Part shown: positions 18,199 to 27,985 of the stretch, piece after piece
Layout: each line of letters starts with the position of its first letter
Position numbering within the stretch: the stretch's first letter is position 1
Assembly (NCBI GenBank): GCA_013815535.1
Contig: JACDGC010000001.1
Coordinates: forward strand, 451-64,450
DNA length: 64,000 nucleotides
From: Ktedonobacterales bacterium
GTDB lineage: Bacteria > Chloroflexota > Ktedonobacteria > Ktedonobacterales > JACDGC01
Reading direction: 5' to 3'
Made by a program: the position numbers and the translations under genes
Notes under the pieces: model-generated
What the model saw: the letters and a program-made list of their open reading frames with translations, nothing else
The model's database searches: none
Told to the model about the DNA's origin: nothing

Positions 18199-18722
18199 TT
18201 GTGATGCCTTGTCCGGATGCCTAAGCACTCTGCATGGGTGCTGCAGACACTTGGCTTGAGCGGGGTGGCATGCCGATGGCGTGAGTTGGAAACATAGTCG
18301 GACGAGTCCTCTCCCGCGAAGACGCTCAACCATAAGATGTCGTGTATCCTACAAGAAAGGTGCGTGATGGAGCGTCATGAGGTCGGGATTGTCGGTGTAT
18401 GTACGCATCGGTTGGCATAGTCTGGGATCGTCGCCGTGCGGCAGCTTCCCGAAGGGGGCATGGAGGGGGTAGCTCCCCTGTGGGAGATGGACGTGGCGAA
18501 GGCGCACGCCTTGGGAGTCGGCTGTGGAGAAATCGAGCGGTCATAGGCAATCGTGCTGCGGGATCTTTTCGTCATCGAAGCCATTCGGAGGTACGGGTGA
18601 GGTACGGGCTATCTTTCACGAAGGTTTTCCCAGCCGGGAAATTAGGGTAAGTTCGCTTCAAGCGAACGAATACCGTCTCTAGCTAGCACCAATGCCTCCC
18701 GCATGCTCGGTCTGCTCCTTCC

Positions 18723-19022
18723 ATGCCGTTTGCGTTCCTTGTCGTCGGTTTATTCGCGTGGGTAGCATATGATGAAGGCATGAATGCCTGGGGAATGCTC
18801 ACCTTCGATGACTCACTCGACGCTTGGTATGGACGCAATGATACCGATCAGGCGGTAATATCGCGCGACGCGATGCTCGCTGCCTACCAGATCGCCCTCG
18901 CACGTGGGATGCTCCCCAACGAAGCGCGCGCCTGGCTCAGACACCTCGACCCCTGGCGCGAAGAACCAGTACTCGTGCAACTCGATGGCGTGCTCCTGCT
19001 GCCACTCACCGACCTAGATTAG
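18723..19022 (+). CDS. hypothetical protein (99 aa)
   Basis: ORF with an N-terminal hydrophobic stretch. It converges on and overlaps the recD2-like stop. Confidence 0.35.
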   Translation: MPFAFLVVGLFAWVAYDEGMNAWGMLTFDDSLDAWYGRNDTDQAVISRDAMLAAYQIALARGMLPNEARAWLRHLDPWREEPVLVQLDGVLLLPLTDLD

Positions 19023-21223
19023 CTCCCGCCCGCGCTCCCACGCAGGCGCTGCGCGAGCCAGGTGTAGCGTTCCCGTTCCTGCGTGCGGTTGATCGCAATA
19101 CGAATGGCCTTGGTTGAACCGATGAGCACCGCCTGCTGTTTGGCACGGGTGAGACCGGTATACAGCAAATTGCGCGATAAGAGCATATAATGTTGCAAGA
19201 AAAGCGGCAGGACCACCACCGGATACTCGGATCCCTGGCTCTTATGAATGCTCAGCGCCCATGCCAACCCGACTTCATTGAGGTCAGCAACATCGTAGAG
19301 CACGTCGCGTTCCCCATAGGCGACCACGACCTCTTGTTCTTCCAAATCGATGCGTTGGATGGTACCCACATCCCCATTGAACACTTCGAGCTGGTAGTTG
19401 TTCTTCAGGTGAATCACCCGGTCCCCTTGCCGCAAGATCGTCCCCCCGCGCTGCACCTGCGGTTTGTGCTCGGCGGGCGGGTTGAGCAGCGACTGGATCA
19501 GGGGATTGAGCGCGCGCGTGCCGATGTCGCCGCGCGTGCCGGGACACAGCACCTGCACCTCTCGCACTGGATCGATACCCAGCCGCGGAAACGAGGTCTG
19601 CATGAGGTGCCGCACCACCTCTGCCCCACGGAGTGGCTCGTCCTCCTCCACCCACAGACAATCGGTGGCAGGCGTGCGCGACATGACCTCTAAACGCGGC
19701 GCGAGGCCCTGATTGATGCGATGGGCATTGGTCACGATCTGGCTGGTGGCCGCCTGGCGAAACACCTCCGTCAAGCGGATGGTGGGAATGCGCTCCGAGG
19801 TGATGCAATCGCGCAACACATTGCCCGGTCCCACGCTGGGCAACTGGTCGATGTCGCCTACGAAGAGGACCTGCGCCGTCGGGGGGATGGCCTTCATGAG
19901 GGCATGGGCGATGAAGAGATCGAGCATCGAGCTTTCGTCGACGACCAGCGCATCAATCTCCAGTGGCGTATCCTGGTTAAATCGAAAGGCCATCTTGCCG
20001 GGGTCAAAGGCCAGCAGCCGATGGACCGTTTTGGCCGCATGCCCGGTGAGTTCGGCCAGCCGTTGCGCCGCCCGTCCGGTGGGGGCCGCGAGCGCCAGGC
20101 GTTTGCCCATCGCTTTCCACAGGGCGACGATGGTGCGCGTCGTAAACGTCTTGCCCGTGCCCGGTCCCCCGGTGAGGATCAGCACCCGTTCGCGCGCCGC
20201 CAGCTCCACCGCCTGGCGCTGCTGGTCCGAGAGCGCCACCTCCTGCTGAGCGGTATACCCATCCATCCAGCGCTGCACCCGGTCCGTTTCCACGGGCACC
20301 GGAATCCGTAACAATGCCTGCAGCCGCTGGGCGAGGGCGACCTCAGCATGATAGAAGGGGGGCGTGTAGCATCGGTCGGTCTCCGCCTCCTGGATGAGGT
20401 CGCCTTCGGTGATCATCTGCTGGACGAGCGGACGCACGCGCGTCGTCAGAATCGGGCAGTCGGGCAGGGCCAGGGCCGTGACCATCTCGGCCACGAGGGC
20501 GTCTTCCGGCAAATAGCAGTGGCCCTCTTCCGCCGCCTGTTGCAGCAGGTAAGTGGCTCCGGCCCGCAACCGGAAATCGCTATCCGGCGCGATGCCCACG
20601 TTGCGCGCAATCGTATCGGCAGTCACGAAGCCAATGCCATAGATGTCCGCCGCCAGACGATAGGGGTTGGCCGTGACGACTTCGATGGCCTCTTGCCCAT
20701 ACATCTTGTAGATTTTGGCGGACAGGGCGGGGGTCACCCCATGCGACTGGAGGAAGAGCATAATCGCTTTGATGACTTTTTGGGCCGCCCAGGCCGCCGT
20801 GATGCGTGCGACCCGCTTCGCGCCGAGGCTGCGCACTTCGAGCAACCGCTCAGGAGTTTGCTCGATGACATCGAGGGTGGCCACGCCAAAGTGGGCAACG
20901 ATCTTCGCGGCGGTCTTGGGACCAATCCCCTTGATGAGTCCGGACCCTAAGTAGCGCTCGATGCCGAGCATGGTCGCGGGCTTCAGTTCCTGGGAGGAGG
21001 TGACGGCGAACTGCTGGCCATGTTTGGGATGAGTCCGCCACTGGCCCCGGCAGCGCAGCGTCACCCCTGGTTCCACGGTGGCGAACGAACCGACTAACGT
21101 GACCAGCTCAGTTTCGCCGGGCACGCGCATCCGTAGCACCGAGTACCCTGATTCCTCGGCATGGTAAGTAACCCGTTCTACCACCCCTTGCACATAGTCA
21201 GCGACCGCCGCGTTCTGCCCCAT
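19019..21223 (-). CDS. recD2: RecD2-like SF1B ATP-dependent DNA helicase
   Basis: N-terminal OB and helix-hairpin-helix-like region (LIKGIGPKTAAKIV), Walker A LTGGPGTGKTF, Walker B ALVVDESSMLD, GDIDQLPSVGPG, and C-terminal SIHKSQGSEYPVV. This is the typical RecD2/YrrC architecture. Confidence 0.85.
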   Translation of the reverse strand: MGQNAAVADYVQGVVERVTYHAEESGYSVLRMRVPGETELVTLVGSFATVEPGVTLRCRGQWRTHPKHGQQFAVTSSQELKPATMLGIERYLGSGLIKGIGPKTAAKIVAHFGVATLDVIEQTPERLLEVRSLGAKRVARITAAWAAQKVIKAIMLFLQSHGVTPALSAKIYKMYGQEAIEVVTANPYRLAADIYGIGFVTADTIARNVGIAPDSDFRLRAGATYLLQQAAEEGHCYLPEDALVAEMVTALALPDCPILTTRVRPLVQQMITEGDLIQEAETDRCYTPPFYHAEVALAQRLQALLRIPVPVETDRVQRWMDGYTAQQEVALSDQQRQAVELAARERVLILTGGPGTGKTFTTRTIVALWKAMGKRLALAAPTGRAAQRLAELTGHAAKTVHRLLAFDPGKMAFRFNQDTPLEIDALVVDESSMLDLFIAHALMKAIPPTAQVLFVGDIDQLPSVGPGNVLRDCITSERIPTIRLTEVFRQAATSQIVTNAHRINQGLAPRLEVMSRTPATDCLWVEEDEPLRGAEVVRHLMQTSFPRLGIDPVREVQVLCPGTRGDIGTRALNPLIQSLLNPPAEHKPQVQRGGTILRQGDRVIHLKNNYQLEVFNGDVGTIQRIDLEEQEVVVAYGERDVLYDVADLNEVGLAWALSIHKSQGSEYPVVVLPLFLQHYMLLSRNLLYTGLTRAKQQAVLIGSTKAIRIAINRTQERERYTWLAQRLRGSAGGS

Positions 21224-21377
21224 ATCTTCGCCTCACCGGAGATGCTTATGGTCCATTCTCGCATATCCCCTGCGGAGCGGATGTCAAGCACCACTCTCAT
21301 CTCCTTAGGGTCTCAGCTTTTTGACGTGCCTTGCACCTCGCTAAACTCTTGCCCTGGGAGGACGAGCAGGGCAAACC

Positions 21378-22304
21378 CTACTCCAGGTTCTCGCTGCGTT
21401 TGCCCGCGGTCGGACCCGCTGCCCCACGTACCGTCCGATGCACTTGCACGGCGTTGATGAGCGTCGCCAAGTCCCCCTCCGTTTCCCGTTGCCCAGCAAA
21501 CCACGAATTGGCTTCCATGCCCAGCAATAGGATATACGCGAGATAATAGAAGAAGGCCAGGATCACGACGAATAAGCCGATCACCGAGCCATAATGGTCC
21601 GGACGCAAGAGCGCCGTGGTGTACAATGGAAAGAGCAGTTCGTACAGCACGAGCAATCCCCCGGCAATCAGCGCGCCCTTCCACACCTCACCAATCTGGG
21701 CACGGCGGTTGGGGACGACGATGTACATCGCCCCAAACAGCACCGTCGCACTGCCCCAGGCCACCAGGATACCGATGACCCACGAAACCACGGCCCCGAA
21801 GCCTTCTTGCATGGGCAGCCCCACCAGGTGCAATAAGACACCCGGCAGGATGGACGCCCCCAGGATCACGGGAATGAGGACGAGATAGAGCAGCGTCATG
21901 CCCAGCGCCATGAGATTTTGGGGAACGGCAGTGCGCCCCTTCAAGCGCAGAATGATGCCAAAACAATTCTCCAGCGAAATGAACAGCCGTGAACTCGCAA
22001 AGATCGCGGTCACGAAGCCGACGACAAAGATGAGGCCTGCCTCGCGGCGGAGGTTGGTCTGCACGCCGTCCACGATCTGCGTGCCAATGCCAGCGGGGAG
22101 CGCGGTCAGGAGACTCGTGCGGACCGCATCCTGGGTCCAAGGGGAGACTAAGCTCAACGCCAGCAGGACCAAGAGCAGTGGCAACAACGAGGTCAGGAAA
22201 TTGTAGGCGAGCAGGGCGGCAAGTTGCGGCACCCAATCGTTGGTCAGCTTGGTGCCGAACGCTTGCCAGGGGTGGAGGAAGGTTTTGAGGCGTTGCTGGT
22301 TCAC
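21378..22304 (-). CDS. YihY/BrkB-family membrane protein
   Basis: LTNDWVPQLAALLAYNFLTSLLPLLLVLLAL and six hydrophobic segments. The preferred start is GTG 22304, preceded by AAGGAG. Confidence 0.7.
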   Translation of the reverse strand: MNQQRLKTFLHPWQAFGTKLTNDWVPQLAALLAYNFLTSLLPLLLVLLALSLVSPWTQDAVRTSLLTALPAGIGTQIVDGVQTNLRREAGLIFVVGFVTAIFASSRLFISLENCFGIILRLKGRTAVPQNLMALGMTLLYLVLIPVILGASILPGVLLHLVGLPMQEGFGAVVSWVIGILVAWGSATVLFGAMYIVVPNRRAQIGEVWKGALIAGGLLVLYELLFPLYTTALLRPDHYGSVIGLFVVILAFFYYLAYILLLGMEANSWFAGQRETEGDLATLINAVQVHRTVRGAAGPTAGKRSENLE

Positions 22305-22589
22305 GAGGTACTCCTTGCGTGCAGGTGGGGGATCCCAGAGATGGTTGCACCGTGATGGGTCACGCCTTCTGGAGCGTACCATATTGCCGTATGGCTTTCC
22401 CGCTTCATCGCCTTGATTGCTAGGATGCTCGCCAGCACCGTGGTTGCCTTGCTCCGCGAACGCACTTATCCCTCTGTGGAAACGTTTGCGCTCTGCTGTG
22501 GGTTTCTCCCCCTTTGCCTTCTTAAGACACGGGCTGGGCTGAGTTACCAGCTTGACCGCAAGGGCACCGCTTTGCTTCCTGAGCAGCCG

Positions 22590-24773
22590 CTAGGGCTTGA
22601 CGAAGAGGGGGAGGGGGCGGATCTGGTCGAGCATGGCAATGAAGGGGACGATGCTTGCGTTCACGGCTTCGACAACATACGGCTGGGGCAATTGCGGCCG
22701 CCAGATGGGGGCCAAGGGACCCGCTTCGGCCAGTAAAGCAAAGGTGGTCGTGCGTACCATGAGATTGCCCTTGGGGTCGAGGATCCGCGCGTCAATGAGT
22801 TCTTGCAGGATGCGAGCGATGCGGAGTTCTTGTCCGTACTCCGGGACCACGATGAACAGCACCGGCAGGGAGCGCGGGGCATCCTGATAGAGCGCACGGG
22901 TCTGCGCGTACCAGGTGTAGTTCAGCAATTTTTCGAGCAGCATCTGATGGCCCATCGTGCCCATATCCCACTCCAACCAGAAACGGAGATGGCGTGTGCC
23001 CCAGGCATATTCGGCGATGGCATCGGGTCGGATCGTTCCCCAGACGATGGTGCCGTCGGGATGGCGCTTTTGGGCGTACCGACGCACACAGGCTGCCCCC
23101 GTTTCCCACCAGAGCAGTCGATGGAGGGCCGTTTGTTCGCGGGCCGCGGCAATGAGCCGGGCGAAGAAATGATAGAGGCCAATATTGTGTTGGTGGATGT
23201 TGGTGAGGCCTTCCGCCAGGAGGTCGGGGTCCGTCGTGGGATTCCCACGACGCTGGCGCAGATGTTGGAAGTGCGACAAAAGGGCCACTCCTTTCGCACT
23301 CACCTGATAACTCTCGATGACCCGGTTTGCTGGGGCACTGGGAGGCGGGGTGAGGAGGAGGTCGAGATCGGGGCAATACACGCGGATCGGCGCAATCAAT
23401 CCCTGGTGGAGCAGTGCCAGCAGATGGGTGGTGCGACATGTTTCTGGCGTGACGGCGAGCATCGTACTTAACTCGCGTAAGGGCATGACGGGATGCGCCG
23501 CAAGCACAGCGAGCGCTTGGATTTGACGACGCGTCACGTTCAGGGCGAGATGCCCCAAGGTCATGGCCTGGAGCCGCGTTGGCGGGGGGGGCAAGGTCGT
23601 CTCTGGCGGAGCGGTCTCGCTCGGTGAGGATGGCACGCTGCGTTCATCTCCCGCGGCGGACGGGGATTCCGCGACCGTTTCATCCCAGGGTGAGCTACCC
23701 TGTGCGCTGGCGGCGAGCCGTTCGGTCAGGTTTGCTGCCCGGATGCGTGGCACGGGCACGACGGTCGCCATTTGTCCTGGCGCGGCAACGGGAACCGCGA
23801 GGAAGTAGTGTTCGATAGCGGGGGGTAACGCCGCCTCGGCCAGCGGTTGGGCGAAGATCTGGGCGAGGCGGCTCCGGTTGCCGGTGACTAAGTCGCTCCA
23901 TTCCGGGCCTTCGGCGGCATCATGGCGCGCTTCAACCAGGATGCCGGGGGGCCACCAGTCGGTTGATAGGGGGGAGGCGATTTGGATCATGCCCGCGAGC
24001 GGCTCAGCGCGCACATAGGCGCTTGCCCCCCGCGCGGCCCGGCGCCAGATGGCCGCGCGGTAGGGCGAAGACGCATAAATGATGAGCGGCGGAAAGTCGG
24101 CGATGCCTTCCTCGATCCAGCGCCGTTCCCGGAGTTTGAGCAGGGCAATCAGCCGTCGTGTGAAGGTATCGGCTTCGCCAATGCCGGGATCGAGCAGGAG
24201 CCACACGGCATAGGTGAGGTCGAGGTGGGACGGCAGGCCGACGCCATGGGGATGGACCAGGTGGGGCCGGAAGATGATGAGGCCATCCGTCGCCACGCGC
24301 GTCCAGGTGTGCCCCTGGCGAAAGGAATAGTGATAGTCGCGCAGCCAATACCACGGCACTGTTCGTTCTTGGGGGGCGTAGTGTTCCCGTAACGCCTGGC
24401 CGAGGGCTTGTAAGAGGTCGGGCAGCCCGGTTTGGAGGTGGGCATACGCGGGTAAGCGCAGGAGGTGGCGCGCTAACCCGGCGAGATCCACCTGCCAATG
24501 TTTGGCGAAAGGACCACGGGGTTCCTTGGCCAGGCGTGCGAGGTGGGCAATCCCACGCGAGGTTAGATACGCAAATTGTCCACTGTTGCGCCCCAGGAAC
24601 CCAGGCGTGATAGTTTGGACCAGATCAACGGTACTGAGCTGCGCCAGGTGCTCCCGCAGGAGGTTGGCATGTTGGCCCAGTAAGCGCGCCAGATCCTCGG
24701 CCCGCTGGAAGGGGCCGAGGAGCAGTAAGCGTAAGAGTTCTTCATCGAGCGGGGAGAGTACCTGTTCGCTCAT
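22590..24773 (-). CDS. Replication-relaxation (Replic_Relax)-like protein with two tandem wHTH and nuclease-like modules; candidate relaxase
   Basis: The C-terminal module is LTRRQIQALAVLAAHPVMPLRELS...HQHNIGLYHFFARLI...IRPDAIAEYAWGTRHLRFWLEWDMGTMG (pattern H..., PDa..., f.vE.D.GT). The N-terminal module is collinear but degenerate: LSPLDEELLRLLLLGPFQRAEDLA...ATDGLIIFRP...YAVWLLLDPGIG. Confidence 0.5.
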   Translation of the reverse strand: MSEQVLSPLDEELLRLLLLGPFQRAEDLARLLGQHANLLREHLAQLSTVDLVQTITPGFLGRNSGQFAYLTSRGIAHLARLAKEPRGPFAKHWQVDLAGLARHLLRLPAYAHLQTGLPDLLQALGQALREHYAPQERTVPWYWLRDYHYSFRQGHTWTRVATDGLIIFRPHLVHPHGVGLPSHLDLTYAVWLLLDPGIGEADTFTRRLIALLKLRERRWIEEGIADFPPLIIYASSPYRAAIWRRAARGASAYVRAEPLAGMIQIASPLSTDWWPPGILVEARHDAAEGPEWSDLVTGNRSRLAQIFAQPLAEAALPPAIEHYFLAVPVAAPGQMATVVPVPRIRAANLTERLAASAQGSSPWDETVAESPSAAGDERSVPSSPSETAPPETTLPPPPTRLQAMTLGHLALNVTRRQIQALAVLAAHPVMPLRELSTMLAVTPETCRTTHLLALLHQGLIAPIRVYCPDLDLLLTPPPSAPANRVIESYQVSAKGVALLSHFQHLRQRRGNPTTDPDLLAEGLTNIHQHNIGLYHFFARLIAAAREQTALHRLLWWETGAACVRRYAQKRHPDGTIVWGTIRPDAIAEYAWGTRHLRFWLEWDMGTMGHQMLLEKLLNYTWYAQTRALYQDAPRSLPVLFIVVPEYGQELRIARILQELIDARILDPKGNLMVRTTTFALLAEAGPLAPIWRPQLPQPYVVEAVNASIVPFIAMLDQIRPLPLFVKP

Positions 24774-27700
24774 GGGGTTTTGCCCTCGGAGGGCGGCTCC
24801 CCTGGCTCCGCTGGTTGCGCTCCCTTGCCACTCCCCCGCTTGCCCCGGAGACGTCGCGGCGGGCTTGTCGCAGGCTTGGCGGCGGGGGATGGGAGCAGCG
24901 CCGTGGGTTGGGCGTGCCCGTAGCCGATCCCTTGGGTGTTGAGCATCCCGGTGCGGCGTCGTGAGCCGGGGAGGCGTCGTTTGGGGGGGGGCGGGCGTGC
25001 TGGCGTGACCAGGGGAGCCGTCCCCGGCTCTTCCGGGGGGGCGGGCAGCTGATGCTGGCGGCTGATGGCCATATTGGCGCGCCCCCGCTCGCGCTCATCG
25101 GCAGGATGGCGATCGGCAAGTTCGGCGAGGAGCGTGTCGATCTCCGCGAGGGTGCGGGGTGCGAGGAGCCGTTGACTCTCCGCGCGGATAGCGTGGGAGG
25201 CTGCATCGTCCCGGGTGGGGGGCGCGGCCAGGTCAAAGGAAAAGACCGGGAGGCGTCGCCCGTTCGCGGTGAGCTTCGCGTAGCAGGTGAACGCATCGAG
25301 ATTGATGAGATCGCGGGTGGTGACTACGCCATCGAGTTCGCGCTCCATGAGACGGGCATCTTCGGCTGACATGTCAAAGGCAAAGAGGTTGTCGATGTTG
25401 GCGAGCACGGTGGGGCGCAGGGCGGGGTCCAATTTGTCCAGATAGGCAAGCGCCTGGGTCGCCAGGATGAAGGAGGCCCCATACTTGCGCAGCTCGCTGA
25501 GCATCTGGCCGAAATCGACCCCCTGTAAGGTTTGAAATTCATCGACCAATACGAGTAAGCGGTGCCGCTCGTCCGTGGCGAGGGCCGCCTGTTCCTCCAG
25601 GGTGACGCGCAACAGGCCGAGAATCGTGGCACCAATCAAGCGTGCCGTGTGTGCACCAACGACCCCCTGCGCGGTATTGATGATGAGGATTTTGCCCTCG
25701 CGCACGACGCGGGTGAGATCGAGGGTGGACTGGGGGATGCCCAGGATCCGGCGCGCGATGATGGATCCGTTGAATTTATTGAGTTTGGTTTGGACGGGGT
25801 TGATGACATCGAGGCGCAGCCGCTCATAGAGTTTATCGAAATACGTCTCCCACCACCGGTGGATTTCGAGGTCTTTGACGTGTTTGAGCACTTCGTGGCG
25901 AAACCGATCCTGGTTCAGCAGCGGCGTGACGTCGAGCAGGGTAAATTGATCGATGGGATCCATATGATATTGGTAGATAAGCGTCTCATTGGCGGCGTAC
26001 AGCGTCTTCAGGGCAAACTCCATCGCGTTTTCCATGCGGTAGCCCCAGCCTTTGTCCCAGATATCCGCGAAGATGACCAGCAAGTTCTCGACGGCTTTAT
26101 CCCGATTGCGTCCCAGGGTGACATCGAGCGGATTGATGGCGGGGGGATGCTCCGTATCGGCGAGGTCGAGCAGGATGACATCGCCCTGACGGCTGGGCGG
26201 AATAGCGCCGAGCATTTGCTGGGCAAGATCGCCATGCGGATCGACGAGGATCAGGCCGAGTGGCGTAGGCGCAAGTGCGCCCAGGTGCGGCTCCTCCTGA
26301 TGCCAGGAGGGGGCAGGCGGAGTGAGCCGCAATCCCAGCCGTGCCAGCAAGAGCATGAGCGAGGATTTGCCTTTGCCGGTTTTTGCCACGAGCAGGCTAT
26401 GTTGGCGCAGGCTTTCCCAGCCCAGCGTGATCGGGGTCTGATAGCCTGCGTGGCGCGAGGTGCCTACCACGTGTGGGCCATCCGCGTCGCCCTCAGCGCG
26501 CACGGCACGGGGCGCAAAGAGGGTTTTCGCGCGATTCTGTTGTTCGACCCAGGCCAACTCCGGGAGGTCATACGCCTGGGGGAGATGCCACAGGCTGGCA
26601 ATCTCGGCCAGACTCAGGATCGTGGGCGAGCGCCCCACCCCCCATCGCCACTGGTGGCGCTGCCGGGAGTGCTCGCCCGGCCAGTACGGGCTTTCAGGCG
26701 TCAGCCGCCGCGCCCAGGCCGCGGGAATCGCGCGGGCCGTAAAGGAACTGGCCCCCGCGCGATGGAACTGGCGATACGTGGCGGTGATGCGCTCCAGCAC
26801 GCGCTGGCGCTGGGCATGCCAACGTTGCTCTTCGGCGCGGGTGTCGCCAGCCGGACTGATGACGTAGAGACGCAGCTGGGTATGATACCCCGGCTGATGG
26901 GTCTTGAGCGCGATCTCCGCCGGATCGAACACGGTTTCCGCCGGGGTCCCTAGGTGCAGGAAACGCCGCACGATCAGCAGCAGGAGGAGCACGCCGCTGC
27001 CCACGCCCAGGATCCAGGCGGTGAAAATGGGCAAGAGCTGAGCGAGATGCGTCAGCCGTTGGCTGACGCTGAGCCCGCCGCCCTTGCTGCCGGGTGCCAG
27101 GAGGCTTTGGAGCTGACGAATGAAGGGGCCGATGAGGGGATAGTGGTCGGCATGATGGGCCGGGCTGAGCAACCACCATAGGGCCAGCATCAGCCCAAAG
27201 AGGATCAGCAGGGGGAGCGGGCTGCCGACCTGGCTTTCCCGGTCACGGGAGACGGCGGTGATGCGGGAGCGCGCCAACGAATGCTCATCGGCTTCGCGCA
27301 TATGCCCCTCCGACCAGTGCGGCGACGCGGGGGTCAGGGCGAGCTGGGCTATCGCGCGCATCCCCACCGGTAGGGGGCCGAGCGCGGCCAGCACGCCCAG
27401 GAGGGGATCGACACCCATCTGGTATTCCTGGCGACTGCCACGTGGCGGTGTCCAGGTGCGCAAGCTCAGATACGGTCGTCCGGTGGGTCGTAACAGGCGC
27501 GCACTGATGGCTTCGCCATCATGCAGACAAAAGGCATCCTGGTCAGGGGCGATCAGTTGCACGTCACTTTGGGGATAGCGGGCATGGATTTGGCTGGCGA
27601 GGTAGTCCAGCGTCTGGGGGGCGGTGGTCCGTGCGACGATGGCGCGCGCATCCGCCTGACCCACGAGTTCGAGCGCGATCGCGGCGGTGCGCCCTGGACG

Positions 27701-27985
27701 CGCGAGCGCGAGGGCTTGAATGAGGAGTTCCATCGCCGTCAAATCCTGGGGAGCATCCACGGGGGGGCGGATGAGCAGCGCGCAGGGCAGGTCCAGGGCT
27801 GGGTCCTGGTCCGCCCCTGGTGCACGCAGGTCGTTGGGGACCACGCTCGGCACGACCATTTCTGACGCGACGGGCGGCGGCTGCCAAGGGGCGGGCATGT
27901 CCGGCGGCCGCGTGGCGCGGGCCGTCCAGCGGGCGTGGAGGGGGCGGAGGAGCAACGCGGCTCGCTCAAAAGGGGAGGTGTGCAT
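24770..27985 (-). CDS. Type IV coupling protein-like ATPase (TraD/VirD4/TcpA-class, FtsK-HerA fold)
   Basis: N-terminal membrane segments, Walker A LLVAKTGKGKSSLMLLLARL, Walker B RHRLLVLVDEFQTL, then ILATQALAYL. Start and stop overlap the neighbouring genes. Confidence 0.7.
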   Translation of the reverse strand: MHTSPFERAALLLRPLHARWTARATRPPDMPAPWQPPPVASEMVVPSVVPNDLRAPGADQDPALDLPCALLIRPPVDAPQDLTAMELLIQALALARPGRTAAIALELVGQADARAIVARTTAPQTLDYLASQIHARYPQSDVQLIAPDQDAFCLHDGEAISARLLRPTGRPYLSLRTWTPPRGSRQEYQMGVDPLLGVLAALGPLPVGMRAIAQLALTPASPHWSEGHMREADEHSLARSRITAVSRDRESQVGSPLPLLILFGLMLALWWLLSPAHHADHYPLIGPFIRQLQSLLAPGSKGGGLSVSQRLTHLAQLLPIFTAWILGVGSGVLLLLLIVRRFLHLGTPAETVFDPAEIALKTHQPGYHTQLRLYVISPAGDTRAEEQRWHAQRQRVLERITATYRQFHRAGASSFTARAIPAAWARRLTPESPYWPGEHSRQRHQWRWGVGRSPTILSLAEIASLWHLPQAYDLPELAWVEQQNRAKTLFAPRAVRAEGDADGPHVVGTSRHAGYQTPITLGWESLRQHSLLVAKTGKGKSSLMLLLARLGLRLTPPAPSWHQEEPHLGALAPTPLGLILVDPHGDLAQQMLGAIPPSRQGDVILLDLADTEHPPAINPLDVTLGRNRDKAVENLLVIFADIWDKGWGYRMENAMEFALKTLYAANETLIYQYHMDPIDQFTLLDVTPLLNQDRFRHEVLKHVKDLEIHRWWETYFDKLYERLRLDVINPVQTKLNKFNGSIIARRILGIPQSTLDLTRVVREGKILIINTAQGVVGAHTARLIGATILGLLRVTLEEQAALATDERHRLLVLVDEFQTLQGVDFGQMLSELRKYGASFILATQALAYLDKLDPALRPTVLANIDNLFAFDMSAEDARLMERELDGVVTTRDLINLDAFTCYAKLTANGRRLPVFSFDLAAPPTRDDAASHAIRAESQRLLAPRTLAEIDTLLAELADRHPADERERGRANMAISRQHQLPAPPEEPGTAPLVTPARPPPPKRRLPGSRRRTGMLNTQGIGYGHAQPTALLPSPAAKPATSPPRRLRGKRGSGKGAQPAEPGEPPSEGKTP

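Noticed and set aside
18114-18259. Conserved peptide MKTQF(V/L)..QTGS.FGS...QTLSTYSKI encoded in both 97-bp repeats (tracks 17927-18259 and 34833-35021).
   Set aside because: Conservation stops exactly at the repeat edges. The residue differences follow the nucleotide inversion of the 16-nt block. There is no RBS. The similarity is therefore at the nucleotide level, not coding.
18260-18720. A roughly 460-bp ORF-poor stretch between repeat A and gene 18723, considered as a possible ncRNA, riboswitch or att-tRNA.
   Set aside because: Only small local features are present (tandem ggtacggg, short hairpin gttcgc-ttcaa-gcgaac). Nothing resembles a known RNA family, so there is insufficient evidence to call anything.
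25562-26953. Long plus-strand ORF (463 aa). Similar long ORFs are antisense to strong genes, for example 8730-10043 (-), 32191-33240 (+), 33613-34707 (+), 42925-43755 (+), 12361-13137 (+), 46948-47640 (+) and 60773-61483 (-).
   Set aside because: They overlap genes with clear family motifs on the other strand or in another frame. Their translations are Arg/Gly/Pro/His-rich and low in complexity with no motifs. This is the expected shadow-ORF artefact of high-GC DNA.
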